A stretch of 64,000 nucleotides of DNA from Camelus ferus (taxonomy: Eukaryota). This document shows, piece after piece, positions 23,460-34,844 of this stretch (position 1 is the stretch's first letter; each line of letters begins with the position of its first letter). The DNA is taken from the NCBI RefSeq assembly GCF_009834535.1, contig NC_045696.1:90150001-90214000 (forward strand), written 5' to 3'. A program made the position numbers and the translations under genes. The notes beneath the pieces are model-generated. The model saw only the letters and a list, made by a program, of their open reading frames with translations. It did not search any database and was not told the origin of the DNA.

Positions 23460-25004
23460 TGTGTTTCCATCTCATGGATAGGAAGACTCAACATTATTGA
23501 AGTTTCAGTTCTTCCCAATTTGCTCTATAGAGTCAACACAATTCCAATCAAAATCCCAGCAAATTACTTTGTGGAAACTGACAAACTGATTCTAAAATTT
23601 ATATTAAAAGGCAAAAGACCCAGGATAGCCAATACAATATTGAAGAATAAAGGTGGAAGAGTAATGCTACCTGACTTCAAGATTTCCTATAAAGCTACAT
23701 TAATCATGACACTAGTGTCATGTGGAACTGGTGAAAGAATAGATGAACAGATCAGTGGAACAGAACACAGAGCCCAGATACAGATCCCCGTAAATATAAT
23801 CAACAGATCTGATCTTTGACAAAGGAGCAGAGGCAATATAATGGAGCAAAGATAGTCTTTTCAACAAATGGTGCTGAAACAAGTGGACATCCAGATGCAA
23901 AATAATTAATCTAGACACAGCCTTTACCCTCTTCACAAAAATGAACTCAAGATGGATCACAAACCTAAATATAAAATGCAAAATATAAAACTCCTAGAAA
24001 CGAATATAGGAGAAAACCTAGATGCTCTTGGGTATGGTGATAACTTTTAGACACAACACCAAGGCAGGATCCATGAATCTGTCACTCATTTAAAGTATAA
24101 CCTTCTGCACTGTGAATGACAATGACAAGAGAGTAAGAATACAAACCACAGAGTAGGAGAAATACTTGCAAAATACCTATCTGATAAAGGACTGTTACTG
24201 AAAAGACACAAGGAACTCTTAAAACTCAACAACAAAAAACCCAACTAAAAACTAAGCCTAAGACTTTAACAGACACCTTGCCAAAGAAGATATGCAGGTG
24301 GCAAATAAGCATATAAAAATATGCTCCACATCATATGTCAACAGGGTAATGAAATTAAAACAATGAGATATCACTGCACACCTATTAGAGTGGTCAAAAT
24401 CCAGAACACTTACAACACCAAATGCTGACAAGCATGTGGAGCAACAGGAACTCTCTCATTGCTGGAGGGAATGCAAAATGAGGCAGCCACTTTGGAAGAC
24501 AGTTTGGTGATTTCTTACAAAATTAAACATACTCTTACCATATGATCTGACAGTCATGCTCCTTGGCATTTACCCAAATAAGTTGAAAATTTATGTCCAC
24601 ACAATAACCTGCACATGGATATTTAGAGCAGCTTTATTCACAATTGCTAAAACTGGGAAGTAACCAAGATGTACCTCAACAGGTAAATAGATAAATAAAC
24701 TATGGTACATCCAGACAATGGAATATTATTCAGTGCTAAAAAGAAATGAGTTGCCAAGTCATGAAAAAACATGAAGGAACATTAAATACATATTACTAAG
24801 TGAAAGAAGCCAATCTGAAGAACCACATACTGTATGATTCCAATTCTATGACATTTTGGAAAAAGGAAAACTGTGAACACAGTAAAACTATCAGTGGTTA
24901 CCAGGGGTTGGCGGTGAGGGTAGAGAGAAGGGAAGTGGAGGATGAATAGGTAGAACACAGAGAATTTTTAGGACAGTGAAAATACTCCTGTATGATAATG
25001 ATGG
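23460..25004 (+). mobile_element. L1 (L1MC1-like) 3' half of ORF2 plus 3'UTR, degenerate
   Basis: ORF 23520-23819 (YRVNTIPIKIPANYF.E.DKLILKFI.KGKRPRIANTILK..LPDFK.YKA) is L1 ORF2; frameshifts and stops; typical 3'UTR. Confidence 0.95.
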
Positions 25005-25212
25005 ATATATGAAATAGATAAACAACAGGTTTCTGCAGTGTAGCACAGAGAACTATATTCAATATCTTATAAAAGCCTATAATGAAAAAGAATATAAAAA
25101 GGAATATATGTATGTATATATATGACTTAAACATTATGCTGTACAACAGAAATTGACACATTACAAACTGACTATACTTCAATTTAAAAAATTATAAAAA
25201 ATTTAAAAAATA
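25005..25212 (+). mobile_element. Young camelid-type L1 3' tail
   Basis: AATAGATAAACAACAGG...GTAGCACAGAGAACTATATTCAATATC...GAAATTGACACATTACAAACTGACTATACTTCAATT then an A-rich tail. Confidence 0.85.
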
Positions 25213-25264
25213 AAGCTGGGGAAAGCTATGTAAAAAAAAAAACATTAAAATCCTTCATTTTGAT

Positions 25265-25742
25265 AAAAAGCTCTACATCACCTGGTTCTGCTCACCTCTC
25301 TAGACTCACCTCTACCACCACCACCTGCTCTCTGTGCTGCAGGTCACATGGCCACCTCTGGGCCTCTGTCATTCTGTCATTTCCCACCCTTATCCTTTTT
25401 TTTTTAGCTGCTACATCTACTCATCCTTTATGTTTCGGTTTATTCTCTTTCATTGAAACCCTTTCTCCTAAACTCTAACCTAAATCATTTCTCTTCTCTT
25501 ATCATTTCTTATTGGACTGTTTAGCAATATGTATTAAACGTATATTGGATGTAACACGTGCATTATACATGTATAGTTTATATGTACAGACTTATTTGTG
25601 CAAAGATGTGTTTAGTATTTATCCTCCCACTAGACTCCACGCTTTCTAGGAGGCAAGAAAGTCTGTACTGTTCACCATTCTCTCCCCAGCACCTAGCACA
25701 CTGCCTGGCTTGGAAGGTGCTCAGTATACATATTTGCTCTGA
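25265..25742 (+). mobile_element. L2 3' region
   Basis: CTCCCACTAGACTCC...TGTTCACCATTCTCTCCCCAGCACCTAGCACACTGCCTGGC...GGTGCTCAGTATACATATTTG. Confidence 0.75.
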
Positions 25743-26261
25743 TATTTCTTAATATACAAACAGCAAGAACCTCCACCTTCATATCAGTAAGAAATATTGC
25801 CACTCCTCTCTTCTTATGATCATTCAAAAGTTTGAAGTTGTGTATCCTAAAAGTTAAAAAAAAAGTTACTGCCATCCCTACTATCTTCTGACCCTAACCT
25901 CAGGAAGCTTTTATACACACTGCACTTCCGTACCCTGAACATAAACAGAGAGTGATATGAGAGGAAAGAAGGCACCACTGGCCTGGGGCTGCACAGTAAC
26001 AAGCATCTGACTCACACATGAGAGGGGGAACCTAGAATCTTTTAACTTCTATTTAAGTACACAGATTCTGGATAATCTGTGTTAAAAGAAAAAATTAATA
26101 TTATCGTATCATTATACGTGTATATTATTTTATAGTGAAGCAGTGTCAAATCAAAATATTAAACAAGTAATTTCACAAAATATGCAAGTACATCTATAGT
26201 TGCAAATCTCTATATAAGCTAGGAATAGGATTTATAAGTGCAGCGAGAAACAGTAACCCTT

Positions 26262-26545
26262 ACTCATTCACTCTTTCATTCAACGTTCATTTACTACAAA
26301 TTTATTACGTGCCCAGGAGTAAGCCCGATGCTAAAGACACTAGAATAAATAAAATGAGGAGTTCAGCCTTTTCAATGGAATCTGCACAACCATGCTATGC
26401 AGTGGTCAGGACAGATAATATCATTTCCACTTTACAAATGAGGACAGAGAGGTTTAGGAAAGTCAAGTCACCTCCTTAAAAAGCACATGTAAGAGACCTG
26501 GCATTAGTGTCTTGTCGGTTTAATTCCAAATCAAGAGTCACTGTC
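26262..26545 (-). mobile_element. L2 tail followed by MIR, both antisense
   Basis: TCATTCAAC...AAATTTATTACGTGCC; CATTTCCACTTTACAAATGAGGACAGAGAGG...AAGTCACC. Confidence 0.6.
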
Positions 26546-27277
26546 CCTTACTCGGTGTAGCCTCGTTGGGCTAGGTGTGTGAATTTCATTCTGCAGTTAC
26601 TGAGACATTTGGCTCTACAAAGGTACCCCTCAATGAACTTAGCAATTCACAAGATGCAAGTTCTAATCTTCGTAGGCTTAGGGGGTGCAAGGGGTAGATT
26701 TCGTCTCCATGGTAAGGGGATAGCAAAAAGAACTCTCCATAGGAAGCAGACGAAAATAACTTTATATACTTGGAACATAATACAAATATAAAGCAGATAA
26801 GCTTTCTTCACTCTCCACCTTGCCAGCCCAGAAATGACAAAACACGAGATAGGAAATTGTGGGGGTTCTGTACGCAAGAAATTAAGTTCCCCTGGAAGCT
26901 GCAAGTGGTTCTCACTAAAGCTGCTTCTTTGTGGTTATTTTAGCTGATGCTAATGAAACTCCTTTCTGGCTAATAGGCCATCTGCTCCATTCTGTCTCGC
27001 AGAGAGGAAGCACATACATTCTCCCCGAGTTTAGTCTCAGCTAGCTCCTGGGAGACAATGGTTCTTCTACAGCTGACAGTTTAAGAACAGCCTCTGGCTC
27101 CAACATTTTTCCGCTTGTCTCTGGGAGAAGCAGAGAGAGATGGTAAAAGAGTTGGTGAGAGGTCACTGCCTCATCTGGGAAGATCACTCAAGGGGCACAA
27201 CGAGCCCCTCAGTGGGTGGAGTCAGCCATCTTTCCAAAGTTGGGGGCCAACGTGCGCAGCCCTGTTCCTCCAGGCAC

Positions 27278-27297
27278 GGGGGGGGGGGGGGGGGGGG
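27278..27297 (+). repeat. G20 homopolymer
   Basis: 20 consecutive G read directly. Confidence 0.95.
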
Positions 27298-27760
27298 CTG
27301 GAGGTAGTAAGGTGCCTGTTCTTGGAAGAGGCATGTGCTGGAGGGGGCAATGTACAGAAGTGGTGTGGGTGGCAGTAAAAAGTGAGAAACTTTGGCCTCA
27401 GCAAAGAGCTTGAGCATATCTGCTACCATACTTCTAGTGTTTTCCAAAATGAGCCCCATCAAGAGATGCTATACTAAAAAAAGACAGGGGTTACATCAAT
27501 AGATGTCACAGGAGAGAGGGGGGAGATGAGAGAAGCTTCATAGTTACAAATATTTAGGAAATCCTGAGGTTAAAAGAACTTCTTAAAGCCTTTGAGTTCC
27601 TTTTATGCACTATAATGCTTTAAGAGAAATGATAATATTCAACATGGCCCTAATCCATTTAACCACTTTTTACTTTCAATTAGTATTACTTTAAGCAATA
27701 TACCATGATGAAATGTATTCATTATAATTTATTAGCCTACCATGATGAAATCACTTTCAA

Positions 27761-27894
27761 TTTTCTTTTTTTTTTAAGTTTACTTGGAGGGGGTGGTAAT
27801 TAGGTTTATTTATTTTTAGAGGAGGTACTGGAGATTGAATCCAGGACCTCATGCATGCCAAGTACGTGCTCTACCACTTGAGCTATACCCTCCC
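27761..27894 (-). mobile_element. Camelid tRNA-Ala-derived SINE (Vic-1/SINE_Vpa type)
   Basis: Minus strand GGGAGGGTATAGCTCAAGTGGTAGAGCAC...GAGGTCCTGGATTCAATCTCCAGTACC (A and B boxes), AAATAAATAAACCTAATTACC and A-tail; homologous to the copy at 46097. Confidence 0.9.
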
Positions 27895-28039
27895 TTCTAT
27901 TTAACCACTTTTTGTAGAACTTCATAGCATGTTGTTGGCTGCGAGTGACAGTACCTAGCCAACAGCGTCACACGGTGCAGAGGAAAGTTTTCCTCATTTG
28001 GTCCGGGGCTCAGGGAGGTCACAATACTAAGTGTAAAGC

Positions 28040-28362
28040 TCTGTGATTCTGTTGGCCTTTCCCTCCTGGCGGCAGAAAACTGGAGCAGCATCAAGCACCA
28101 GCTTCACACAGCAACATTCCAAGAACAGAAAGAAAAAAATCTCTCTCCACTGGCCTCTCTCTCCTTAAACCTGGGAGGAAAATCTTCCCAGAGACCACCA
28201 CCAAGCATCCCCTTACATGTCATTAGCCAGAACTGGCTCATCCGGCCACACCTAACTGCGAGGGGAAGCTGAGAATCAGAGTCATATCTGGGTTTCCCAG
28301 CCTCTGCATTGGGAAGTGGGTGAGGAAAAGGGGATTGTGTGTAACTGTTGGGCACACAACCC
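28040..28362 (-). mobile_element. MaLR LTR remnant (MLT1K/L-like)
   Basis: AAAATCTTCCCAGAG...CCCTTACATGTCATTAGCCAGAACTGGCTCA...GGCCACACCTAACTGC...GGAAGCTGAGAA. Confidence 0.7.
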
Positions 28363-28461
28363 GGAGACACAGCCCTTCGTAGGGATACTAAGTGTTGAGG
28401 GAAGTATATTTTACCACTGTGCTAGCTCAGGAGAAAGACAAGCTGGTTTCCTTCAGCCCTT

Positions 28462-28920
28462 TTATTGGTTAAACTGTGTTCCCCCCAACCCCTGCCAAAT
28501 TCATACACTGAAGTCCTAACACACAACACCTCGGAAGATGACTCTATTTGGACAAGGGTCACTGATGAGTTAAGATGAGGTCATACTGAGTAGGGTGGGC
28601 CCCTAATCCAATATTACTGGTATTACTGGTGCCCTTATAAAAAGGGAAGTTTGGACACAGACATGCACACAAGGAGAACATCATGTGAAGATGAAGCAGG
28701 AAGGGGCTGATGCAGCAGAAGCCAAGGACTGCCAGCAAACCACCAGAAGCCAGATGTGCAGCATGGAACAGTTTCTTCCTCAAAGCCTTCAGAAGGCGCC
28801 AACCCTGCCAACACCTTCATCTTGGGCTTCCAGCATCCAGAACTGTGAGACAATACATTCCTGTTATTCAAGCCACCTCATCTGTGGTACCTTTTTACAG
28901 TCACTCCTGCAAACTAATAG
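28462..28920 (+). mobile_element. MaLR solo LTR (MLT1B/C-like)
   Basis: GTTAAGATGAGGTCATACTGAGTAGGGTGGGCCCCTAATCCAAT...CCACCAGAAGCCAG...CCAGAACTGTGAGACAATACA...GCAAACTAATA. Confidence 0.9.
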
Positions 28921-29405
28921 AAGCCCCACTCTTCCAAACACAGGCACCACTCCTCTAGGTGACCAGGGCACCTCCTGCATCTCAGGGCTCACAAGCATCT
29001 GGGAATGTTGAGAGAGCTGTTGCCAACAAGTGGTGAGAGGAGGACCAAGCCACACTTTCAGTTCACGTGGGCATCTCTCCTGCTACACGGCCAAGGCCAA
29101 CGGCGACACATGGTTATTGCAGGAGGGACGTCTCCACCTGATACTGAGAGAAACAGCAACTTCTACAGCTAAGCCATGCAGGGAAAGCATCATGTTCACT
29201 CAAGTGGAGACTGGATCCCAGGGCTCTATTCACAGTGCCCAAGGGGAGCTGGGAGAGATCAGGAGGCTCGAATCAACTCAGATCCACGCGTCACTTCATG
29301 ACCATCCTTCAGCCCCTGCCTCTCTCGCCTCACATCCTCTCCTTTCACTTCCTCCTCCCAGCTTGGCAAGGAGTTTTTCTCTAACTCACCATGCTGCCTC
29401 CAAAC

Positions 29406-29565
29406 AAGGCTGGCTTAATGTGTGTGGGACCTGTGCAGTCACACAGGGCCTGGTGCTTAGAAGAGCCCCACACTTGGCTTAATGCTGTTGCCATCATGAA
29501 ATTCTTCATTTGTTTAACAAAGGATTTCGTTTTGCACTAGGCCTTGCAAAAGCATTTTCCTGGGC
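29406..29565. mobile_element. hAT-Tip100 MITE (MER91-like)
   Basis: GACCTGTGCAGTCACACAGGGCC...GCTTAGAAGAGCCCCACACTTGG...TTGCCATCATGAAATTCTT...TTTTGCACTAGGCC. Confidence 0.7.
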
Positions 29566-29762
29566 AGATCTGTCCTTAAAAATTACAATAAATTAGACTG
29601 CATGCCAAAAGCAGATTAGTGGACCATTCCTTCCCTAAGGAAATGGACTCAGAATAGCTAGCTGACTGGATGGGAGAAGGGCCCAGGGGTAGAAAGAAAC
29701 AGAATGTGCTGACTGCCACATGCCCACTGCTGGACCAGCCAGTGGGGTCGGCCTCATCAGCG

Positions 29763-29885
29763 CAGACTTTCAAATTGGTGGGTTGCGATATTTAGTGGGT
29801 CATATAATCAAATTAGTCAAGACGAGTGTGTTTTAAGCGTGAGACAGAATGAAACAGAATAGAACAGATCTGAGTACATCACAGA
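29763..29885. mobile_element. Ancient hAT-Charlie fragment
   Basis: TTAGTGGGTCATATAATCAAATTAG...GAAACAGAATAGAACAGATCTGAGTACATCAC resembles old Charlie-type MITEs. Confidence 0.45.
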
Positions 29886-30839
29886 AGACCCCTTCTACCA
29901 CCCCTGCCATCCTTGGGTGCTATACACTGGAGGAGGCGCCCTGGTCAGAGCACAGGTATGTGAGAATTGCAACAGGGGCCCACACGTGCGGCTCAGGCTT
30001 GGGACTCCCAGTCCCCCTACCCATCCCCACAGGCTCCACACCACCTGCCAGGAGGTCCTTCCCATGTGGCCGTGTCCATCTCCAAGGGCTTTCAAGACAA
30101 CAGCTTTGCAAGGCTATCAGGTCCTTCTGACCCATGTCCTCACTTGATCCCACTGATATAGCAACTTGGTGCTAAGCTGTGCCAGGTAAGGAAGGGACGT
30201 TCCCTCTTCATGAGTTCCTCGGCTCCCTTTGCCCACAGGACCCTCCCCTCTCCCCTCCTCTGACAGTGGCTTCCCTAGAGACAGACTGCAATAAGCCATG
30301 ACAGCGTGAGCAATAACAGCGTTGCTACCTGTTCCTGACTGTGGGAGCGATGAAATTAGCCAGGAAGAGTGCATTCAGCAATAAAGAACACAAAGAGATG
30401 GTTTCTGGATGTGGACAGGAAGAGACAGTGCCTGGACACCACGCAGGGTCTTCACTGGCACCTGCTGGACAATAAACCAATACCAAAGTCAGTACCACCT
30501 CTCATCCTTTATTCTAAATCTTCATTTGTAAGTCATTTACCTCACATGGGCCCACAAATCTTGTAAGACATTTTAAACAGACTTGTTTATGTAGTCAGGG
30601 GCCCATGTCCAGGGTTCCACACACCCTAGGGTGGCCCAGCCCTGAACAGAACAGCTGTCAAAGTGGTGGATCTGATGTCTCTGGCTTTGGGAGCCCAGGA
30701 GGCCCAACCATTCTGAAGCAAAGTCCACCAAGAATCTTACTGAGAGGCCCTAAAGTGTTCATCCAAACCTCCAACTTTTAAGCCCTACTTGTCCTTGGCA
30801 GCTCTGAAGAGGGGAAGGTTTCCATTATCACCTCATTAC

Positions 30840-30887
30840 CTGTATCTTGATCCATCCTACCCTTGGGTCTTTCCAAAACATCCCATG
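30840..30887 (-). other. Candidate 48-nt cassette exon
   Basis: Minus strand ATTTGATTTTAG|CATGGG...GATACAG|GTAATG; multiple of 3, open in two frames (xWDVLERPKGRMDQDT or HGMFWKDPRVGWIKIQ). Confidence 0.2.
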
Positions 30888-32069
30888 CTAAAATCAAATA
30901 TGTGGTTCATCCTAGATCACATCACAAAAAGTTCAAAAATGCTGAATCCACTCTAAGGAGGGGCCTGTCTGATCTATGCCGGATGCTGAAGCAAAGTTAT
31001 GTCACTTACACTGTATTTTTATATCAACTCATAAATGTTTTTTCATTATATAAAAATAACCTCTCCCATTTCATTCTGTCAAAATGTCTCTTTATTAGGT
31101 TATGGTTAATGGTTTAAGAAGTAATCTGCAGTGAAACATGTCAGTGCATTTTACAGCTATCAAAGAGAAGCACAAAGACACCATCTTCAGGGTGTCGAAG
31201 CCATTATCCTGGGGCCTGCCTTCCTTGTGGAACTGATAGATGCAAGAAAGTAATTAAGCACCCCTTTTTCCTCCTGGTATTGTCGCCAAGTTCTCAACTT
31301 CCCAGATGTCAGATCTGAGCTTCCGGCCTTTAAATAAGAGGAGCGGTTACAAGAACCAGGCACAAAGGAAGGTGATTCCACTTCGCACTTAATAAAGACG
31401 CTCTCCTTGTCCTCCTGTACTTCTCAGAAGTCAAACTCCGACTGCCTGGCTTCAGAAGAGGGGCCAAATTGAGCTCATGTTTATTAATTAGCTCATTATA
31501 TTTGTTAGGCAGGAAATAAACTTGTTAAGGAAAAGATTTAGTCCTTTTATAGCCCAGAATTAACCTTTCCCGAAGTCAATTTTTATGGAGATCAGGCAAA
31601 CAGTATTTCCAACAGACAACCAGAATTTTGAAGGTGTTTTGTAAATCCAATCATGAAGGGAACTCAAAGATCAGGAGTACAAACTTTGCACAGTATTAAC
31701 CTCAATTTCTAAACTGCTTATGGCATTTGCATTGAATCTGAGATGCTTCAAGACCAGGCTCAGAGATCACTTGCACAGCTGCACAAACCACAGCAGAATT
31801 AGAACACTGCCTCCCCAATACACACCACGTTGTCGTGTTTTGTTTGCCTGGAGCCACTAGAGGAGTTCGTAATACATAACACAACACTCAAGACATTCCC
31901 ACACCTTTGCTTCGGGGTACAAGTTTCCCCTGCACACAGTCAGACACATCGAATACATTTGCAAATAAATGAAAGAATTTGAGATGTGAGATTCCCCCAG
32001 CCATGTTCTCTACAATCCACTGCACATCTGAAGTACATACTCTCTGCGAGCCTGCCTCAGTTCGTCCAG

Positions 32070-32285
32070 AGGGAACACAGCCAAGTAGAATTAGAAAGCT
32101 CCAAGTTCAAATCCTTCACTACTTATGACGAGAGGTGGCTTGAGCAGGTTACAAAAGCTCCAGCAAAACGGGATGAAGAGACCTGCCTGACAGAACAGTC
32201 CTGAGGACTGAGTGACACATTTGTATGTGAAATGCATAGATGGTAGGCATTTATTTAATAAATGGTAGGCATTTATTTAATAAAT
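32070..32285 (+). mobile_element. MIR remnant
   Basis: AAGTTCAAATCC...ACTTATGA...TTGAGCAGGTTAC...TGAGGACTGAGTGA...GTATGTGAAATGC...TAGGCATTT. Confidence 0.6.
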
Positions 32286-32589
32286 AGAAAGTGCCCTTAA
32301 GACGCAAACTCTTTTGTCTTTGTGACTGTTTATTATCAGAAAATGAGAGGAACGGGGTTGCTTCTTGTAGCCTTGAATTTGGCTGCCCTGAGATTCGCAG
32401 CATCTGTGGAAGCAGTAAATCACCAGCTCTGAGGTGGGCCAGGTTGTACCCTGTTCCTCCTCCTCCTCCCTTCTTCCTTCAGCCTTTGGCTCTTTACTCA
32501 GTAACGCTGTATGAAGCATGTGTATGTGCCAAGTACTGGGAGGTACATAGTTTAAGTAAGAAAAGCATCATATTATGTCATCATTGAAA

Positions 32590-32790
32590 TAATAGCGCTT
32601 TCACTTTAGTGCTCACTACGTGTCAGGCAAAGCTTAATTCTTACTGTCCCATTTATTATGATGATGAGATAATAATGGGATAACAGTAACTCTACGAGTA
32701 GGTTACTATTTTTATTCCAGACTTTACAGATAAGAAAACTGATCTTCAGAGAGACCAGGTAATCGGTAAAAATTTCATAAAAGGCAAAAC
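32590..32790 (-). mobile_element. MIR remnant
   Basis: AGTGCTCACTACGTGTCAGGC...TAGGTTACTATTTTATTCCAGACTTTACAGATAAGAAAACTGA. Confidence 0.7.
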
Positions 32791-32849
32791 AGTATGTTCT
32801 AAGCTTTTCAACCATGTGTTATTTTGGCCTCCCAAGAAGTTGATGAAAA

Positions 32850-33715
32850 GGTCACTAGTTCTTTATTAACCAGAGAAATATAAATTAAAAGAGCAATGGA
32901 TCTCATTTTATACGTATTAGATGGCAAAAAGTTAAAAGCCAGGTAATCCGACCACTGGGCAGGGATGTGGGGTGTTGAAGGCCTGTGCACTGTGGTGAGA
33001 GCACTGACTGGTGCAGGCAGTTCGGTCTATTTGCACCTGCTCAAATCGAGAATACACATATACTATGACCCACAAGACTTCTTCTGGGTATCTACCCTAA
33101 GAAATCCTCTCCAGTGTCCATAAGGCAGAGTTTCTCAACCTTGGAGCTACTGACATGAGGGTCTGAAAAATTCTTTGCTGTGCGGACTGTCCTATGCATT
33201 GCAGGATGCGTCACAGCGCTACCTGCTAGATGCCAGAAGCATCTTTCCCCAAGTTGTGACAACCAAATCTGTCTCCAAAGATTGCCAAATGTCCCAGGAG
33301 ATGCAAAATCATCCCCAGTTGAGAACCACTGCCATAAGGGGACATGCTTAAGGACTTTCACTGCAGCATCACTTGTGACAAAGGAAATTAGAGCCACCCT
33401 GGTGTCTGACAGCAGAAAAATGGACAGGCAAAGTGTGAGGGACGCCCAGCATGGAGTAGTATGTACCTGTCAACGTGATGAATAGGAGTACATCACAGCG
33501 ACAGGAATGGAGCTTTACAATTCAGTCCTGAGGAAAAGGAAAGAAACAGAATGAGACACAGAACATAGTATAACTTCTCCAAATTAAAAATGTATGTTCA
33601 CAGAACCATGAGAGACATTCTGCAAGAATACATATGAACAAAAAGATATACACTACAACACACTGAAATGGTTGCTGGAGGGGTGGAGAGGAATAAAAGG
33701 GCATAAAGCAAGAGA
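32850..33715 (+). mobile_element. Very old L1 (L1ME-like) 3' region split by MER20
   Basis: AGAAATATAAATTAAAA...CTCATTTTATAC...ATTAGATGGCAAAA...CTATGACCCACAAG...CTGGGTATCTACCCTAAGAAA. Confidence 0.65.
33126..33331 (-). mobile_element. MER20 hAT-Charlie MITE with intact 8-bp TSD
   Basis: TIRs CAGAGTTTCTCAAC / GTTGAGAACCACTG; internal GTTGTGACAACCAAA...GCCAAATGTCCC; perfect TSD CCATAAGG at 33118-33125 and 33332-33339. Confidence 0.95.
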
Positions 33716-33961
33716 ATGTCTCGCTTGGACCAATCCATCAGGTGTGAGGAGTATGGTCAGCTCTGTCTGCTCTTGAAGACAAAGCAAAACAAAACAATCA
33801 AAAAAAAAAAAAATTTAAAAGGCACCCTCTGCCAGATACAGATGACAAGGCTGCAGGCATTAAGGTAGGAACCACTTCAGGTGACAGTGGCCAGGGAATA
33901 TGCGGCAAATCCAGCTAACCCAAGAAGGACAAGGACAAGCACTTTTAACAGATACAAACGA

Positions 33962-33983
33962 GTGTGTGTGTGTGTGTGTGTGT
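33962..33983. repeat. (GT)11 microsatellite
   Basis: Read directly. Confidence 0.95.
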
Positions 33984-34299
33984 TTGGGGCGGGGCGGGGT
34001 GGAGTGGTGTTGTATTTCAGAATGTTCAATGGCGGCCACCACCCACTGATCACATTTACATGTCTATCTCACTTGATTCTGAGGGACATTTGGATTTGCT
34101 TGTTGTGCACTCTGAAACTCAGAGAAGTTAACCCGTCTCTGACTTCGAAGGCCATTCTGTTTGTATCACACAGGGGAGTTGTTTTCTTTGGGTCACAGAT
34201 TTCTGGACTGGGCTTCTTATTTTTCAGCAGAACCCAGAATGCTCAGGCAGGCAGGGGCTTCCCATCCCTACCCAAAAGCCACTAAGCTCTAGTAAGAGT

Positions 34300-34560
34300 G
34301 TTTCATTACCTCTAGAATCTCTCTCTCCTCTCCTTTCGCGCCACCATGACCCTGGTCTAAGCCAACAGGAGGTCTCATCAGGACAACAGCTTCCCGTGGA
34401 TGGCCCTCATTCAACCTTGCTCACCCATTTAGATCTATCTAAAACACTCATTTGACCATGTTGCTCTCCTCTCAAAACCACTGTGATTCCCTACTGCCCA
34501 AAGACTAGAGTCTAAATGTCTGAATATGACCTTCCAGGACTTTCATAATCTGGCCTAAGG
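34300..34560 (+). mobile_element. L2 remnant
   Basis: GCCACCATGACCCTGGTCTAAGCC...TTGACCATGTTGCTCTCCT...CCCTACTGCCCAAAGACTAGAGTCTAAA...CATAATCTGGCC. Confidence 0.65.
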
Positions 34561-34844
34561 CCAGTGGTTCTTGCCATGAACCAGGAGTGCTGAACTTCCA
34601 TGCTACACCCAGCACCACTCATTCTGTATTCTTTGTCTAGGAATTTTCACAAATTATTTAAAAATTGCTAGTTGGCCCCAGTAGCTCTTAAGAATTATCC
34701 AGGTTTTATTTAATAATTGAGGAGAATAAAGCCAGACTGTGAAAAGTAAATAAAACAACAGCACAAAAGCAGCAAAGCGAGGTGTCACTCACAGGTAAAT
34801 AGTAGCATCTGTGGCTTCTGAGGCCACACGCAGAAAGCATGAGT

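Noticed and set aside
23520..23819. Protein-like ORFs here and at 12426-12623 and 58928-59215
   Set aside because: Frameshifted L1 ORF2 remnants, not host genes or active elements.
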